Positions 12,943-25,320 of a DNA stretch of 64,000 nt are shown here, one piece after another (the first letter of the stretch is position 1; each line of letters opens with the position of its first letter). The notes beneath the pieces are model-generated. The model worked only from the letters and a program-made list of their open reading frames with translations, did not search any database and was not told where the DNA came from. Origin of the DNA: Macrostomum hystrix (Eukaryota > Animalia > Platyhelminthes); the NCBI GenBank assembly GCA_950097015.1, contig CATNEN010000001.1, forward strand, positions 21,948,001-22,012,000, in the 5' to 3' direction. A program made the translations under genes and the position numbers.

Positions 12943-13550
12943 CAGTAGGACTACCAAGCCATTTTGCCGCCCGTTTTTATACCAAGGGGGGAATTTCCCC
13001 GCCTGAAAATGTTTCTGCCAGCGCCTGAATGCTTTGGGGGTGACTGATTGGTTGACAGACTAGTCGAGGGTGTCCTGTGGTTGAGCAGCGCCTAATAGTT
13101 AGGCTTGAACAGTGAAATTGGAGAAATTCGCGTCAGGGTGTCCATAGTGGCCTAGTTCCACCTGTTGTAGCTCTTGAAGGTCTAGATAGATAAGAGAGAT
13201 AGATCTAGATGAAGGTCGGTGACCGCCGAAGTCGGAGATGATGCAGGCACATTCGGGTGACATGCTGATAAAGTTTGAAGGTCTGGAAAGGCCGCACTGA
13301 GGCGCAGTGCAAATTCGTGTATAGGGGTGTATGAAATACACTAGCTCTTATGGGAAAAATTGGACCTTCGGCCAGAAACATTGAATATCTCGACGATCTG
13401 AAGAGCTGGCGATTTGTTTCTTGTTTCAGAAGATGCGCAACAAAAAGTTGGCCCGTGTTCTTGAGTTTCGTGTGCTTGCATTGTTCCGTTCGGGTGCAGC
13501 AAAAAAAATTGTCAGGGGGGGGGAAATCCCCCCTCTTGGTAGTTCTACTG
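12943..13550. mobile_element. Non-autonomous DNA transposon (MITE), TTAA-flanked
   Basis: TIR CAGTAGGACTACCAAG / CTTGGTAGTTCTACTG (15/16), ~50 bp further imperfect inverted repeat (12982-13030 vs 13488-13539), TTAA on both sides. Confidence 0.75.
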
Positions 13551-13629
13551 TTAAGTACAGCAAAGAGCTTCAGCCTAGGCTAGCTAAGTAAGGTCTATAA
13601 GTGTTAAAGTAGGTTTTATTTGCCTAAGA

Positions 13630-14275
13630 AGTTTTATAAGATGTTTATCAAGGTTTATGGGATGTTTATCAAGGTTTATGGAGTGTTTATCAAGATTTAT
13701 GGGATGTTTATCAAGGTTTATGGAGTGTTTATCAAGGTTTATTGGGTTTTTATCAAGATTTATGGGATGTTTATCAAGATTTATGGGATGTTTATCAAGA
13801 TTTATGGGATGTTTATCAAGGTTTATAGGATGTTTATCAAGGTTTATAGGATGTTCATCAAGGGTTATGGGTGTTTATCAAGATTTATGGGTGTTTATCA
13901 AGGTTTATGGGTGTTTATCAAGATTTATGGGTGTTTATCAAGGTCATTAGGATGTTTATCAAGATTTATGGGATGTTTATCAAGATTTATGGGATGTTTA
14001 TCAATATTTATGGGATGTTTATCAAGGTTTATAGGATGTTTATCAAGGGTTACGGGAGTTTATCAATATTTATAGGATGTTTATCAAGATTTATGGGATG
14101 TTTATCTATATTTATGGGATGTTTATCAAGATTTATAGGATGTTTATCAAGGTTTATTGGGTGTTTATCAAGATTTATGGGTGTTTATCAAGGTTTATGG
14201 GATGGTTATCAAGGTTTATGGGATGTTTATCAAGGTTTATGGAGTGTTTGTCAAGGTTTATTGGATGTTTATCGG
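13630..14275 (+). repeat. 20-21-bp minisatellite GATGTTTATCAAG(A/G)TTTATGG
   Basis: direct inspection. Confidence 0.93.
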
Positions 14276-14699
14276 ATCGTTTTTTCTGGCGTGTGTAAGA
14301 ATATAAGGTCTGTATAAATGTTTAATTGATGTTTATGAGTGTTTAAGTATGTTTATGATCGCTTAGGCGACTTTGCAGATTTTTACATCTAAAAGTGGGT
14401 TGGAAATTGCAAAAACGTTTTTGTGTTTCTCCAGCGAAGGCTGCACTTCGCTTCCACCAAATTTGAGCACAATTCAAGTAGGATTTTGTTTGCAAACAGC
14501 TGCAGCTAGGGATTAGGGTTTACATTTTTTATCAACTCAACCAGCCCCAAGCTGAGAGCATGAACCATCCCAACAACGGCCTAGAGATGGGTTAAAAAAA
14601 GAGCTAAAAAATTCTTTTACACACAGGGACAGACAGACTCACTAGAAAACATCAGCGCAGATTGTGAAAACATGGCAAATGGAACGTGATTGACTAGAG

Positions 14700-14910
14700 A
14701 TAAGATTCAAGAGTGAGAATGGAGACAGTGAGATTAGATTCAAGATAGTGAGAATGGGGACAGTGAGATTAGATTCAAGATAGTGAGAATGGGGACAGTG
14801 AGATTAGATTCTAGAGAGAGAGAATAGAGAGAGTGAGATTAGATTCTAGAGAGAGAGAGAATAGAGAGAGTGAGATTAGATTCTAGAGAGAGAGAATAAA
14901 GTGAGATTAG
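14700..14910 (+). repeat. ~35-bp minisatellite GTGAGATTAGATTC...GAGAAT
   Basis: about 6 diverged copies. Confidence 0.8.
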
Positions 14911-15424
14911 ACACACATATAACGGTGAGTTATTTCAAGTATTTTATAATGGAAAACTCCATTGGATAACCGCGTGTCTCTTAGAAGCGAGCAGACAAAA
15001 GGTACTAGAATAAATCCCAAGATAATTAATGGCGAGTGAGAACTGACTCACATAGAATACAAAAGAGCTCAGACAAAGGTTCCACTGTGAGCTCGCATTA
15101 GGAACAGACGGACACGCCCCTCTGCGTTGAGAGGAAAAAACTGAAATATTTTATCTGTGCGGTGTGAGGTCAGGGGTCAGTGTGCGCTTGAGCTGCTTCG
15201 CTTGAGGCTATTGGGATAGTTTGCGAGGATTATGATCTGCCCGCCATCGATTTGAGAATGGCTTGTCACGGTCTTTTCCTTTTACTTCCTAGTTGGGGGC
15301 TATTTTAGGATAAGCCGACAGATGAGACTGACTGTTGTGATCTGCCCTGCATTATCAGGTGGCTGCCTGCGAAGGAATTAGATTGGGGATTGAGCAGCAA
15401 CTCAAATGGGATCCGGGTTGTGAT

Positions 15425-15745
15425 TTCGGATCTTGGCTAATCTAGGTTGGGATCTGGGGTAATCTAGGTTGGGATCTTGGATAATCTAGGTAAGGATCTG
15501 GGATAATCTAGGTAAGGATATGGGATAATCTAGGTTGGGATCTGGGATAATCTAGGTTGGGATCTGTTAGAATCTTTGTTGGGATCTGGGATAATCTAGG
15601 TTGGGATCTGGGATAATCTAGGTTGGGATCTTGGCTAATCTAGGTTGGGATCTTGGATAATCTAGGTTGGGATCTGGGATAATCTAGGTTGGGATCTGGG
15701 ATAATCTTTGTTGGGATCTGTTAGAACCTTTGTTGGGATCTAGGG
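15425..15745 (+). repeat. 22-bp minisatellite GATAATCTAGGTTGGGATCTGG
   Basis: direct inspection. Confidence 0.9.
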
Positions 15746-16100
15746 TTAGGATCTAGTTCGGTAACTAGGACCAATTTTTGTTGCCTTTTTTTCGATTCAC
15801 TTTTAAACCTAAACTTCTAAACTTGTCTATCTTATTATTAACAAAAGTGAGTCAAAACTCCACTTAAATGATTCCTCTGCACTGCCTTCTAGAAGACCCT
15901 ATTTGAGACTTAGCTTCCTCAGAAGCATTATCGATAGTGTAAATCATAAAAAATTCTGGCGATCAAAACTTTTAGCTGCTAGAGGCTTCATGAGCAAAAT
16001 ACCTGATTACTGTGAGCTTGTAGCTTACAATTTAGCTCAAAAAGTAAAAAATGTGAGAATAAGTTTGGGTACACTTAGCGTAGTAGGGCTTCACACAGCT

Positions 16101-16143
<43 letters not shown>

Positions 16144-16459
16144 AGGCAGTTGTGCAGGATTTCGGCCGAGATTAAAGAAATTTCTTTTTCTGCGCGTGTA
16201 ACTCAGACTCACACTTGAGTCAGCCAGCCCCCCTACCCGAGAGGATCCGTGAGGTATTAACTAGCTCTGCAATGCACAACTGGGAGGATGGGATCTGTGT
16301 GGCTTTCACTGGGGATTTTAGTAGAGTGGGAAATGTCTAATGGGGAGAATATGTTGCGGCTTCTATTGAGGATGGGAAATGAATGCCCAGAGGATAGTGT
16401 GCCAGTTTTATGAGTAGAATGAATTTTGTAAAAAAACGAAATTACTCCTCAACTTGATA

Positions 16460-18260
16460 GGGGAGAGATGGAGGGAGAGGAGGAGGGATGGAGGGAGAGG
16501 AGGAAAGGTGAAGGCAGAAGGAAGAAGAGATGCAGGGAGAAAAGAAGAGATGATGGGAGAGGAGGAGAGATCAAGGGAGAGGAGGAAAGATGAAGGGATA
16601 AGGAAGGTGAGATGAAGGGAGAAGGAAGGTGAGATGCAGGGAGAAAAGGAGAGATGATGGGAGAAGGGAGGAGAGTTGAAGGGAGAGGAGGAGAGATCAA
16701 GGGAGAGGAGGAGAGATGAAGGGAGAAGGAATGTGAGATGAAGGGAGAAGGAAGGTGAGATGAAGGGAGAAGGAAGGTGAGATGAAGGGAGAAAAGGAGA
16801 GATGAAGGGAGAAGGAAGGAGAGATGATGGGAGATGGAAGGAGAGATGATGGGAGATGGAAGGAGAGATGAAGGGAGAAGGAAGGAGAGATGATGGGAGA
16901 TGGAAGGAGAGATGATGGGAGAAGGAAGGAGAGATGATGGGAGAAGGAAGGAGAGATGATGGGAGATGGAAGGAGAGATGATGGGAGAAGGAAGGAGAGA
17001 TGATGGGAGAAGGAAGGAGAGATGATGGGAGAAGGAAGGAGAGATGATGGCAGAAGGAAGGAGAGATGATTGAAGAAGGAAGGAGAGATGATGGAAGAAG
17101 GAAGGAGAGATGATGGAAGAAGGAAGGAGAGATGATGGAAGAAGGAAGGAGAGATGATGGAAGAAGGAAGGAGAGATGATGGGAGAAGGAAGGAGAGATG
17201 ATGGGAGAAGGAAGGAGAGATGATGGGAGATGGAAGGAGAGATGATGGGAGATGGAAGGAGAGATGAAGGGAGAAGGAAGGAGAGATGATGGGAGATGGA
17301 AGGAGAGATGATGGGAGATGGAAGGAGAGATGATGGGAGAAGGAAGGAGAGATGATGGGAGATGGAAGGAGAGATGATGGGAGAAGGAAGGAGAGATGAT
17401 GGGAGAAGGAAGGAGAGATGATGGGAGATGGAAGGAGAGATGATGGCAGATGGAAGGAGAGATGATGGCAGATGGAAGGAGAGATGATGGAAGAAGGAAG
17501 GAGAGATGATGGCAGAAGGAAGGAGAGATGATGGCAGAAGGAAGGAGAGATGATGGAAGAAGGAAGGAGAGATGATGGCAGAAGGAAGGAGAGATGATGG
17601 CAGATGGAAGGAGAGATGATGGAAGAAGGAAGGAGAGATGATGGCAGAAGGAAGGAGAGATGATGGCAGAAGGAAGGAGAGATGATGGAAGAAGGAAGGA
17701 GAGATGATGGCAGAAGGAAGGAGAGATGATGGAAGAAGGAAGGAGAGATGATGGCAGAAGGAAGGAGAGATGATGGAAGAAGGAAGGAGAGATGATGGCA
17801 GAAGGAAGGAGAGATGATGGCAGAAGGAAGGAGAGATGATGGAAGAAGGAAGGAGAGATGATGGCAGAAGGAAGGAGAGATGATGGAAGAAGGAAGGAGA
17901 GATGATGGCAGAAGGAAGGAGAGATGATGGCAGAAGGAAGGAGAGATGATGGAAGAAGGAAGGAGAGATGATGGCAGAAGGAAGGAGAGATGATGGAAGA
18001 AGGAAGGAGAGATGATGGCAGAAGGAAGGAGAGATGATGGAAGAAGGAAGGAGAGATGATGGCAGAAGGAAGGAGAGATGATGGCAGAAGGAAGGAGAGA
18101 TGATGGAAGAAGGAAGGAGAGATGATGGCAGAAGGAAGGAGAGATGATGGAAGAAGGAAGGAGAGATGATGGAAGAAGGAAGGAGAGATGATGGCAGAAG
18201 GAAGGAGAGATGATGGAAGAAGGAAGGAGAGATGATGGAAGAAGGAAGGAGAGATGAAGG
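16460..18260 (+). repeat. 22-bp purine-rich minisatellite GGAAGGAGAGATGATGG(C/A/G)AGAA
   Basis: direct inspection. Confidence 0.95.
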
Positions 18261-18597
18261 GCGAGACAAGGGAAGGCGTGACAGTGTTGGTTTTTTATAC
18301 AGTCAAGAGGACGCAGAGGCATGGACTGAGAGAATGAGACAAAGGAATCAAATGAAGAGTCAGACAGACGGGCAGACAGTTTCCCCAGGTATGGGAGAAT
18401 GTTTTTCTCCAGGGCACTAACTTGGATCAAATCGGGCTTGTAACTCACGAAAACAAAGCCGTGACAAAAAGCTCACGCGATGCACGAGTTGTTTTTCTCC
18501 TGTTTCAGCGTGTTTTTTTCGCTTGTAACATTTTTTTCTGAAAATACACAATGACAATTGAAATCCAGCGACAGATCTAACAATGCCAGTGGCGAGC

Positions 18598-18757
18598 GGG
18601 AGGTCGAGGGTTCGAACTTCGGCCCTCATCTCAGGGAAGCACTTTTGTGCCATTGAGCAAGAAACTTAACTCCCTGGTACCCATTTAACAACTGGTTGAA
18701 CTGAAGCAATGCCCAGTTAATGTTAATGCTAAAGGAGTGGGGAATCGAACCCCCGAC
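18598..18757. mobile_element. Two truncated B-like SINE heads fused in opposite orientation
   Basis: + strand GGTTCGAAC..GAGCAAGAAACTTAACTC, then minus-strand CORE (GGTACCCATTTAACA..TGAACTGAAGCAATG) and B box (GGAATCGAACCCCCGAC). Confidence 0.6.
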
Positions 18758-19269
18758 GCTAACGAATAGGCTACAACCTTTATTGTAGGCCGCATACCGA
18801 CAGAATTAAAGTTGCTCTTATCGTGGGCCCTCCTGGCAGGCCTACGCACACACACAAGGACGTTGGGATGGATTTTTCATGTTATCCCCATTCAGTGGGC
18901 GGGTTGGCTGTCAAGGACTTTCCGGGTGGTGAGTAGTGGACTCAAACAGCACAGAAGCGCTTTTGTTGGCAGGATTAAAGGATCCGTGAAACGGCAGAGC
19001 TGGGGGCATCACTTGGGAAGTTAGTGACGTTGTGCTTGATGTTTTCTGCTTGAATAGGCAAGCGGGTATTGCGAGGACTTGCTTCTAGAAGCATAATTTA
19101 CAACAGCAACAACAGCGAAGATTTTCTCTACTTTTGGCTTGAGGTCGGGTCAAGTGGACCGAGGGTGTCAGTGAGGGATCCGGCTGGTCTTTGGGGATAC
19201 TTGGAAATTGGTTTCTGTTACAAAATTTCCTTGATGATATACTTAATGAGAGGACGAGATGAAAGAAGC

Positions 19270-19730
19270 TAAGAGGAGAGGAGAGGAGAGGAGAGGAGAG
19301 GAGAGAAAAGCAGAGGAGAGGAGAGGAGAGGAGAGGAGAGGAGGAGAGGAGAGGAGTGGAAAGGAGAGGAGAGGAGAGGAGAGGAGAGGAGAGGAGGAGA
19401 GGAGAGGAGTGGAAAGGAGAGGAGAGGAGAGAAGAAGAGAGGAGAGGAGAGGAGAGCAGAGGAGAGGAAAGGAGAGGAGAGGAAAGGAGAGGAGAGGAGA
19501 GGAGAGGAGAGGAGAGGAGAGGAGAGGAGAGGAGAGGAGAGAAGAGGAGAGGAAAGGAGAGGAGAGGAAAGGAGAGGAGAGGAGAGGAGAGGAGAGGAGA
19601 GGAGAGGAGAGGAGAGGAGAGGAGAGGAGAGGAGAGGAGAGAAGAGGAGAGGAGAGGAGGAGAGGAGAGGAGAGCAGAGGAGAGGAAAGGAGAGGAGAGG
19701 AAAGCAGAGGAGAGGAGAGGAGAGAGAGAA
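19270..19730 (+). repeat. (GGAGA)n microsatellite
   Basis: direct inspection. Confidence 0.95.
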
Positions 19731-20511
19731 GTAGAATGCATGTGAGGCATTGCAGGTTAATTCACAGTCTCACTGTTTTGGGGTTGAAAGATGGCAAATT
19801 AAACATTTTAGAATGATAACAGCTGAATTAATTTCGAGACTAGACTCATTTTCATTGTTGCCAAAAGGCTTTTCTAATTGCAATTCAATTCGTTTGAATC
19901 GATACAAAAGAATTGGTTCATCTTTTTCAAATTGAATTTCCATCAGCTACAAATGTTGAAGCAGGTAAATCTTAGATTATATCCTTTGCTTCAAAAGCAA
20001 AATACGCTTTTCATTACCTAAGAAGGGACTGAGTCCAGACTCAGCCGCTACACATTCTAGTGAGCTTCAGCCACAGTACCAGCCTCTGGTGTTTATTTTA
20101 TTCTTAATTTTCTTGAACGAGCTCAGAATTTTGCTCAAGATTGGAAACTGAAAAGTACTTTGTAAGCGGGTCAGACTGGTGACAAAGCAAGGCGGATGTC
20201 CAGTGGACTTTGGACCATCGGTGGATGGACAAGAATCAGTTTTTTAAATGGGAAACTGCTACTAAAAAGCATGTAGGGATCAGGAACCAGTACACTAAAC
20301 GATGTGTCCGACCTATAAGTCAATCAAAATGATAATTCTGGATGCGAGGTTATAGCTTCTGATTATTTCACAAGCGACACATTTCACAAATTAATCTGAT
20401 TAAATTAAATTCTACCAGCGTTGGTCTAACCTACTCGTGACTTTTTTATTTGCTGTTTCGTTAAAGAAAATATAATTAATAAATTTATATATTGAAATAT
20501 GTAGAGGAAAT

Positions 20512-22215
20512 GAGAGTAGAGGAGAGGAGAGTAGAGGAGAGGAGAGGAGAGGAGAGGAGAGGAGAGGAGAGGAGAGGAGTGGAGAGGTAGAGGAGAGGTG
20601 AGGAGAGGAGAGGAGAAGAGAGGAAAGGTGAGGAGAGCAGAGTAGAGGTGAGGAGAGGAGAGGAGAGGAGAGGAGAGGAGAGGAGAGGTGAGGAGAGGAG
20701 AGGAGAAGAGAGGAGAAGAGAGGAAAGGTGAGGAGAGCAGAGTAGAGGTGAGGAGAGGAGAGGTGAGGAGAGGAGAGGAGAAGAGAGGAGAAGAGAGGAA
20801 AGGTGAGGAGAGCAGAGTAGAGGTGAGGAGAGGAGAGGAGAGGAGAGGAGAGGAGAAGAGAGGAGAAGAGAGGAAAGGTGAGGAGAGCAGAGTAGAGGTG
20901 AGGAGAGGAGAGGTGAGGAGAGGAGAGGAGAAGAGAGGAGAAGAGAGGAAAGGTGAGGAGAGCAGAGTAGAGGAGAGGAGAGGAGAGGAGAGGAGAGGTG
21001 AGGAGAGGAGAGGAGAAGAGAGGAAAGGTGAGGAGAGCAGAGTAGAGGTGAGGAGAGGAGAGGAGAAGAGAGGAAAGGTGAGGAGAGCAGAGTAGAGGTG
21101 AGGAGAGGAGAGGAGAAGAGAGAAGAGGTGAGGAGAGCAGAGTAGAGGTGTGGAGAGGAGAGGAGAAGAGAGAAGAGGTGAGGAGAGGAGAGGAGAGGTG
21201 AGGAGAGGAGAGAAGAGGAGAGGAGAGGAGAGGAGAGGAGAGGAGAGAAGAGGTGAGGAGAGCAGAGTAGAGGTGTGGAGAGGAGAGGAGAAGAGAGAAG
21301 AGGTGAGGAGAGGAGAGGAGAGGTGAGGAGAGGAGAGAAGAGGAGAGGAGAGGAGAGGAGAGGAGAGGAGAGAAGAGGTGAGGAGAGCAGAGTAGAGGTG
21401 AGGAGAGGAGTGGAGAAGAGAGAAGAGGTGAGGAGAGCAGAGTAGAGGTGAGGAGAGCAGAGCAGAGGTGAGGAGAGGAGAGGAGAGGAGAGGTGAGGAG
21501 AGGAGAGGTGAGGAGAGGAGAGGAGAAGAGAGGAAAGGTGAGGAGAGCAGAGTAGAGGTGAGGAGAGGAGAGGAGAAGAGAGAAGAGGTGAGGAGAGCAG
21601 AGTAGAGGTGTGGAGAGGAGAGGAGAAGAGAGAAGAGGTGAGGAGAGGAGAGGAGAGGTGAGGAGAGGAGAGAAGAGGAGAGGAGAGGAGAGGAGAGGAG
21701 AGGAGAGAAGAGGTGAGGAGAGCAGAATAGAGGTGAGGAGAGGAGAGGAGAAGAGAGAAGAGGTGAGGAGAGCAGAGTAGAGGTGTGGAGAGGAGAGGAG
21801 AAGAGAGAAGAGGTGAGGAGAGGAGAGGAGAGGTGAGGAGAGGAGAGAAGAGGAGAGGAGAGGAGAGGAGAGGAGAGGAGAGAAGAGGTGAGGAGAGCAG
21901 AGCAGAGGTGAGGAGAGGAGAGGAGAGGAGAGGTGAGGAGAGGAGAGGAGAAGAGAGGAAAGGTGAGGAGAGCAGAGTAGAGGTGTGGAGAGGAGAGGAG
22001 AAGAGAGAAGAGGTGAGGAGAGGAGAGGAGAGGAGAGGTGAGGAGAGGAGAGAAGAGGAGAGGAGAGGAGAGGAGAGGAGAGGAGAGAAGAGGTGAGGAG
22101 AGCAGAGTAGAGGTGAGGAGAGGAGAGGAGAAGAGAGAAGAGGTGAGGAGAGCAGAGTAGAGGTGAGGAGAGCAGAGCAGAGGTGAGGAGAGGAGAGGAG
22201 AAGAGAGGAGAGGTA
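20512..22215 (+). repeat. GGAGA-derived compound satellite with higher-order units
   Basis: recurring GAGCAGAGTAGAGGTGAG anchors within pentamers. Confidence 0.95.
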
Positions 22216-22982
22216 AGGAGTGGAGTAACTCCAGTGTTGTGCTTTTAGAGTAAAACTGTTCTGTCCATGGACTGTGAGGGGCTGCCACCAGCACATGCAA
22301 GTGCTGGCTGCTCAAGGACAATATGTTCTTGGAATGAGTTTTTAACTCCTGACTTTAATGTCAAAAACTCGAAACTGTTGAAAATAATTGCATAACCGCT
22401 AACAATACTCACACTCTTATAATAATTATGATAAGCAAATGATAGTGTAAAATGTCCACATGCGCAGCCATCTGAGCCGCAAGAAATCCAGATTAAGATG
22501 TTCAAAATATGTTCTAAATGCTGCGAATTAGGATATTAGTGAGGGCGTAGCGCAGCTGTTCCCTGCGAGTAGCTCTTGCTTCTTCTTTCACTTTCTTCAT
22601 TTCCTACTCAAAGATGCAGCACTTCGGGCGAGTCGGGGATGCGTCACGATGAGGACTGGATGCTTTAATTATTAGCAGCGGGACTATTTTGCCAGTTTCG
22701 CCACCCCCCTGTGGGAGTCTCCGGGGAGCCATGCGCTTGTTCTTTCTCGCGTGCAGCTCCCAAGCGGTGCCAATCCCATTCATTCGCCCAACTGGTGATC
22801 ATTTTTTTGGGCGAGAAGGAAACAACCGGAACGGGATCTCACAGTCAAGCCGATGGGATTTTGTGGGGCTTTGCAACAACTGCCCGGCTTGGCGGCTTGA
22901 TTTCAAGCGCGTAGCTTTTTCTCTTGTCGATGAGTCATCCCACAAGGCGAGACATGACCCACCTATGCTCACTGAATGCAAT

Positions 22983-23352
22983 GGAATTATCCCATTGGGA
23001 ATAAATTATCCCAAGAAAATTATCCCACGAAGAAGGAAATTATCCCCTTCAATAAGGAAAGTTTCCCATCAAGAAAGAAATTATCCCGTCTACAATGGAA
23101 ATTATTCCATTAAGAAAGAAATTATCCCGTCAGTTAGGAAATTATCTCATCAGTTAGGAAATTATCCCATCAGTTAGGAAATTATCCCATCAGTTAGGAA
23201 ATTATCCCATCAGTTAGGAAATTATCCCATCAGTTAGGAAATTATCACGTCAGTTAGGAAATTATCACGTCAGTTAGGAAGTTATCCCATCAGTTAGGAA
23301 ATTATCCCATCAACAAGGAAATTATCCCATCAAGTCGATGAAAATATCCCAT
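22983..23352 (+). repeat. 20-bp minisatellite GGAAATTATCCCATCAGTTA
   Basis: direct inspection. Confidence 0.9.
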
Positions 23353-23892
23353 CGTCTTATAAGAGTATTCTGTCAAGCTTAAGTAATGAATTTCATCGAT
23401 ATTATTCAGTACTAAAGTGTGTAGTTGCTGCATAAGCGAAGAGTCTCCACCGGCACCACCCCAGGCCTCTTGAATTTGTCTGTCTCTCGGAGCTCCCTTC
23501 TCAATCGGTTTCTCGCACTAATGAGGCCTAATACCGCCTGGCACACGATCTGCCCCCCCCCAGTTTCCTTATCATCCCAGGCCCCGGTTGCTTGCACAGG
23601 CCTCCCTACTTTCACCTCTGCTCCTGCTGCTAATCCTGCTGCTGCTGCCTGTTCCTAGAGATTTCTCGCGATTCTGCCGTCGCCAAGCTATAGGGAGGAA
23701 TTGTGGCATGTAGTCTCTTTAATTACACTTAGCCATCTGGCCCAGACAGGAGAGAAGCGGTTAAGAAGGCCTGGCAATTATTTTTTGGATTGTGCTTTGC
23801 ATCTCCTAGAAGAACTGAATTGGAAAGGATTGAAAAATGATTATCTAATCGTTAAAATAACAGCTTACTGGTACGAGACAGGAACCAGTAGT

Positions 23893-24600
23893 GAGTGATG
23901 ACCAACTCAATGACTGGAGTGATGGCAAACTCAATGACTGGAGTGATGACCAACTCAATGACTGGAGTGATGACCAACTCAATGACTGGAGTGATGACCA
24001 ACTCAATGACTGGAGTGATGACCAACTCAATGACTGGAGTGATGACCAACTCAATGACTGGAGTGATGGCAAACTCAATGACTGGAGTGATGGTAAACTC
24101 AATGACTGGAGTGATGACCAACTCAATGACTGGAGTGATGGCAAACTCAATGACTGGAGTGATGACTAAATGAATGACTGGAGTGATGACCAACACAATG
24201 ACAGGAGTGATGACTAAATGAATGACTGGAGTGATGACCAACTCAATGACTGGAGTGATGACTAAATGAATGACTGGAGTGATGACCAACACAATGACAG
24301 GAGTGATGACTAAATGAATGACTGGAGTGATGACCAACTCAATGACTGGAGTGATGACTAAATGAATGACTGGAGTGATGACCAACACAATGACAGGAGT
24401 GATGACTAAATGAATGACTGGAGTGATGACCAACTCAATGACTGGAGTGATGACTAAATGAATGACTGGAGTGATGACCAACACAATGACAGGAGTGATC
24501 ACCAAAATGAATGACTGGAGTGATGACCAACACAATGACTGGAGTGATGACCAACTCGATGACTAGACTAATGACTATCTAAATGACTGAAGTCATGACC
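23893..24600 (+). repeat. 24-bp minisatellite GAGTGATGACCAACTCAATGACTG
   Basis: direct inspection. Confidence 0.95.
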
Positions 24601-25320
24601 AAAGTCCCTTAATGAGCGGTGTGATGACCCACTGAGTGACCAGAGTGATGACCACTTAAACTACGTGTCTATTTAGAAGAGGAGGGCAATGACCGGACGA
24701 ATGACTCATGAGGGTGTACTGTATTTGATTAGTTGCATAATTATCTGTAAAAGACCGGCATGTCTGCCCCAATTAACGGGTCGGTGTCATTCAACAATGT
24801 CTCGGACTTTCAAGTGCTTGGACTGCAATTAGGACGTTTAAAATTCGTCATTAGCCGCACAACAATATACTTTATTTTTTAATTCTACTATCCGCATAAA
24901 ACTGCAGGGCAGAATTTGGTAGAAGAGAAAAAACATTGGCAGCAAATTGGCAGCAAATGAATTTCTTCACTTTTCTCACTTCTCTCCGCTTTGCAGAGCC
25001 CGATAGTCAGCGAAATTGAGCCGCTGAAGTGGCGGGGTAGCCCGGTCAGTGGACTATTGGATTTCGGAAAGTGTTGGCGAGATTAGGCAAGCTTTAAAGT
25101 GGATGAGAGCTTGGGACGATGAAAGCGATAAGACAGAGGAGCTGGCTGTGATGAGGGGTTGAGGTGCCAAGCGGGCTCACTTTCCTGTTTTCTGCATTTC
25201 TGGCTCAGGGTATTTGCCTCTGAGAGAAGAAAATTGGAAACCTTGAGATAGGTGGGGGCGCTTGTTGTACTTTTGTGCGCTCGTGGCATTTCGTTTGAGA
25301 TTGAGCACAGATTAAATAGT

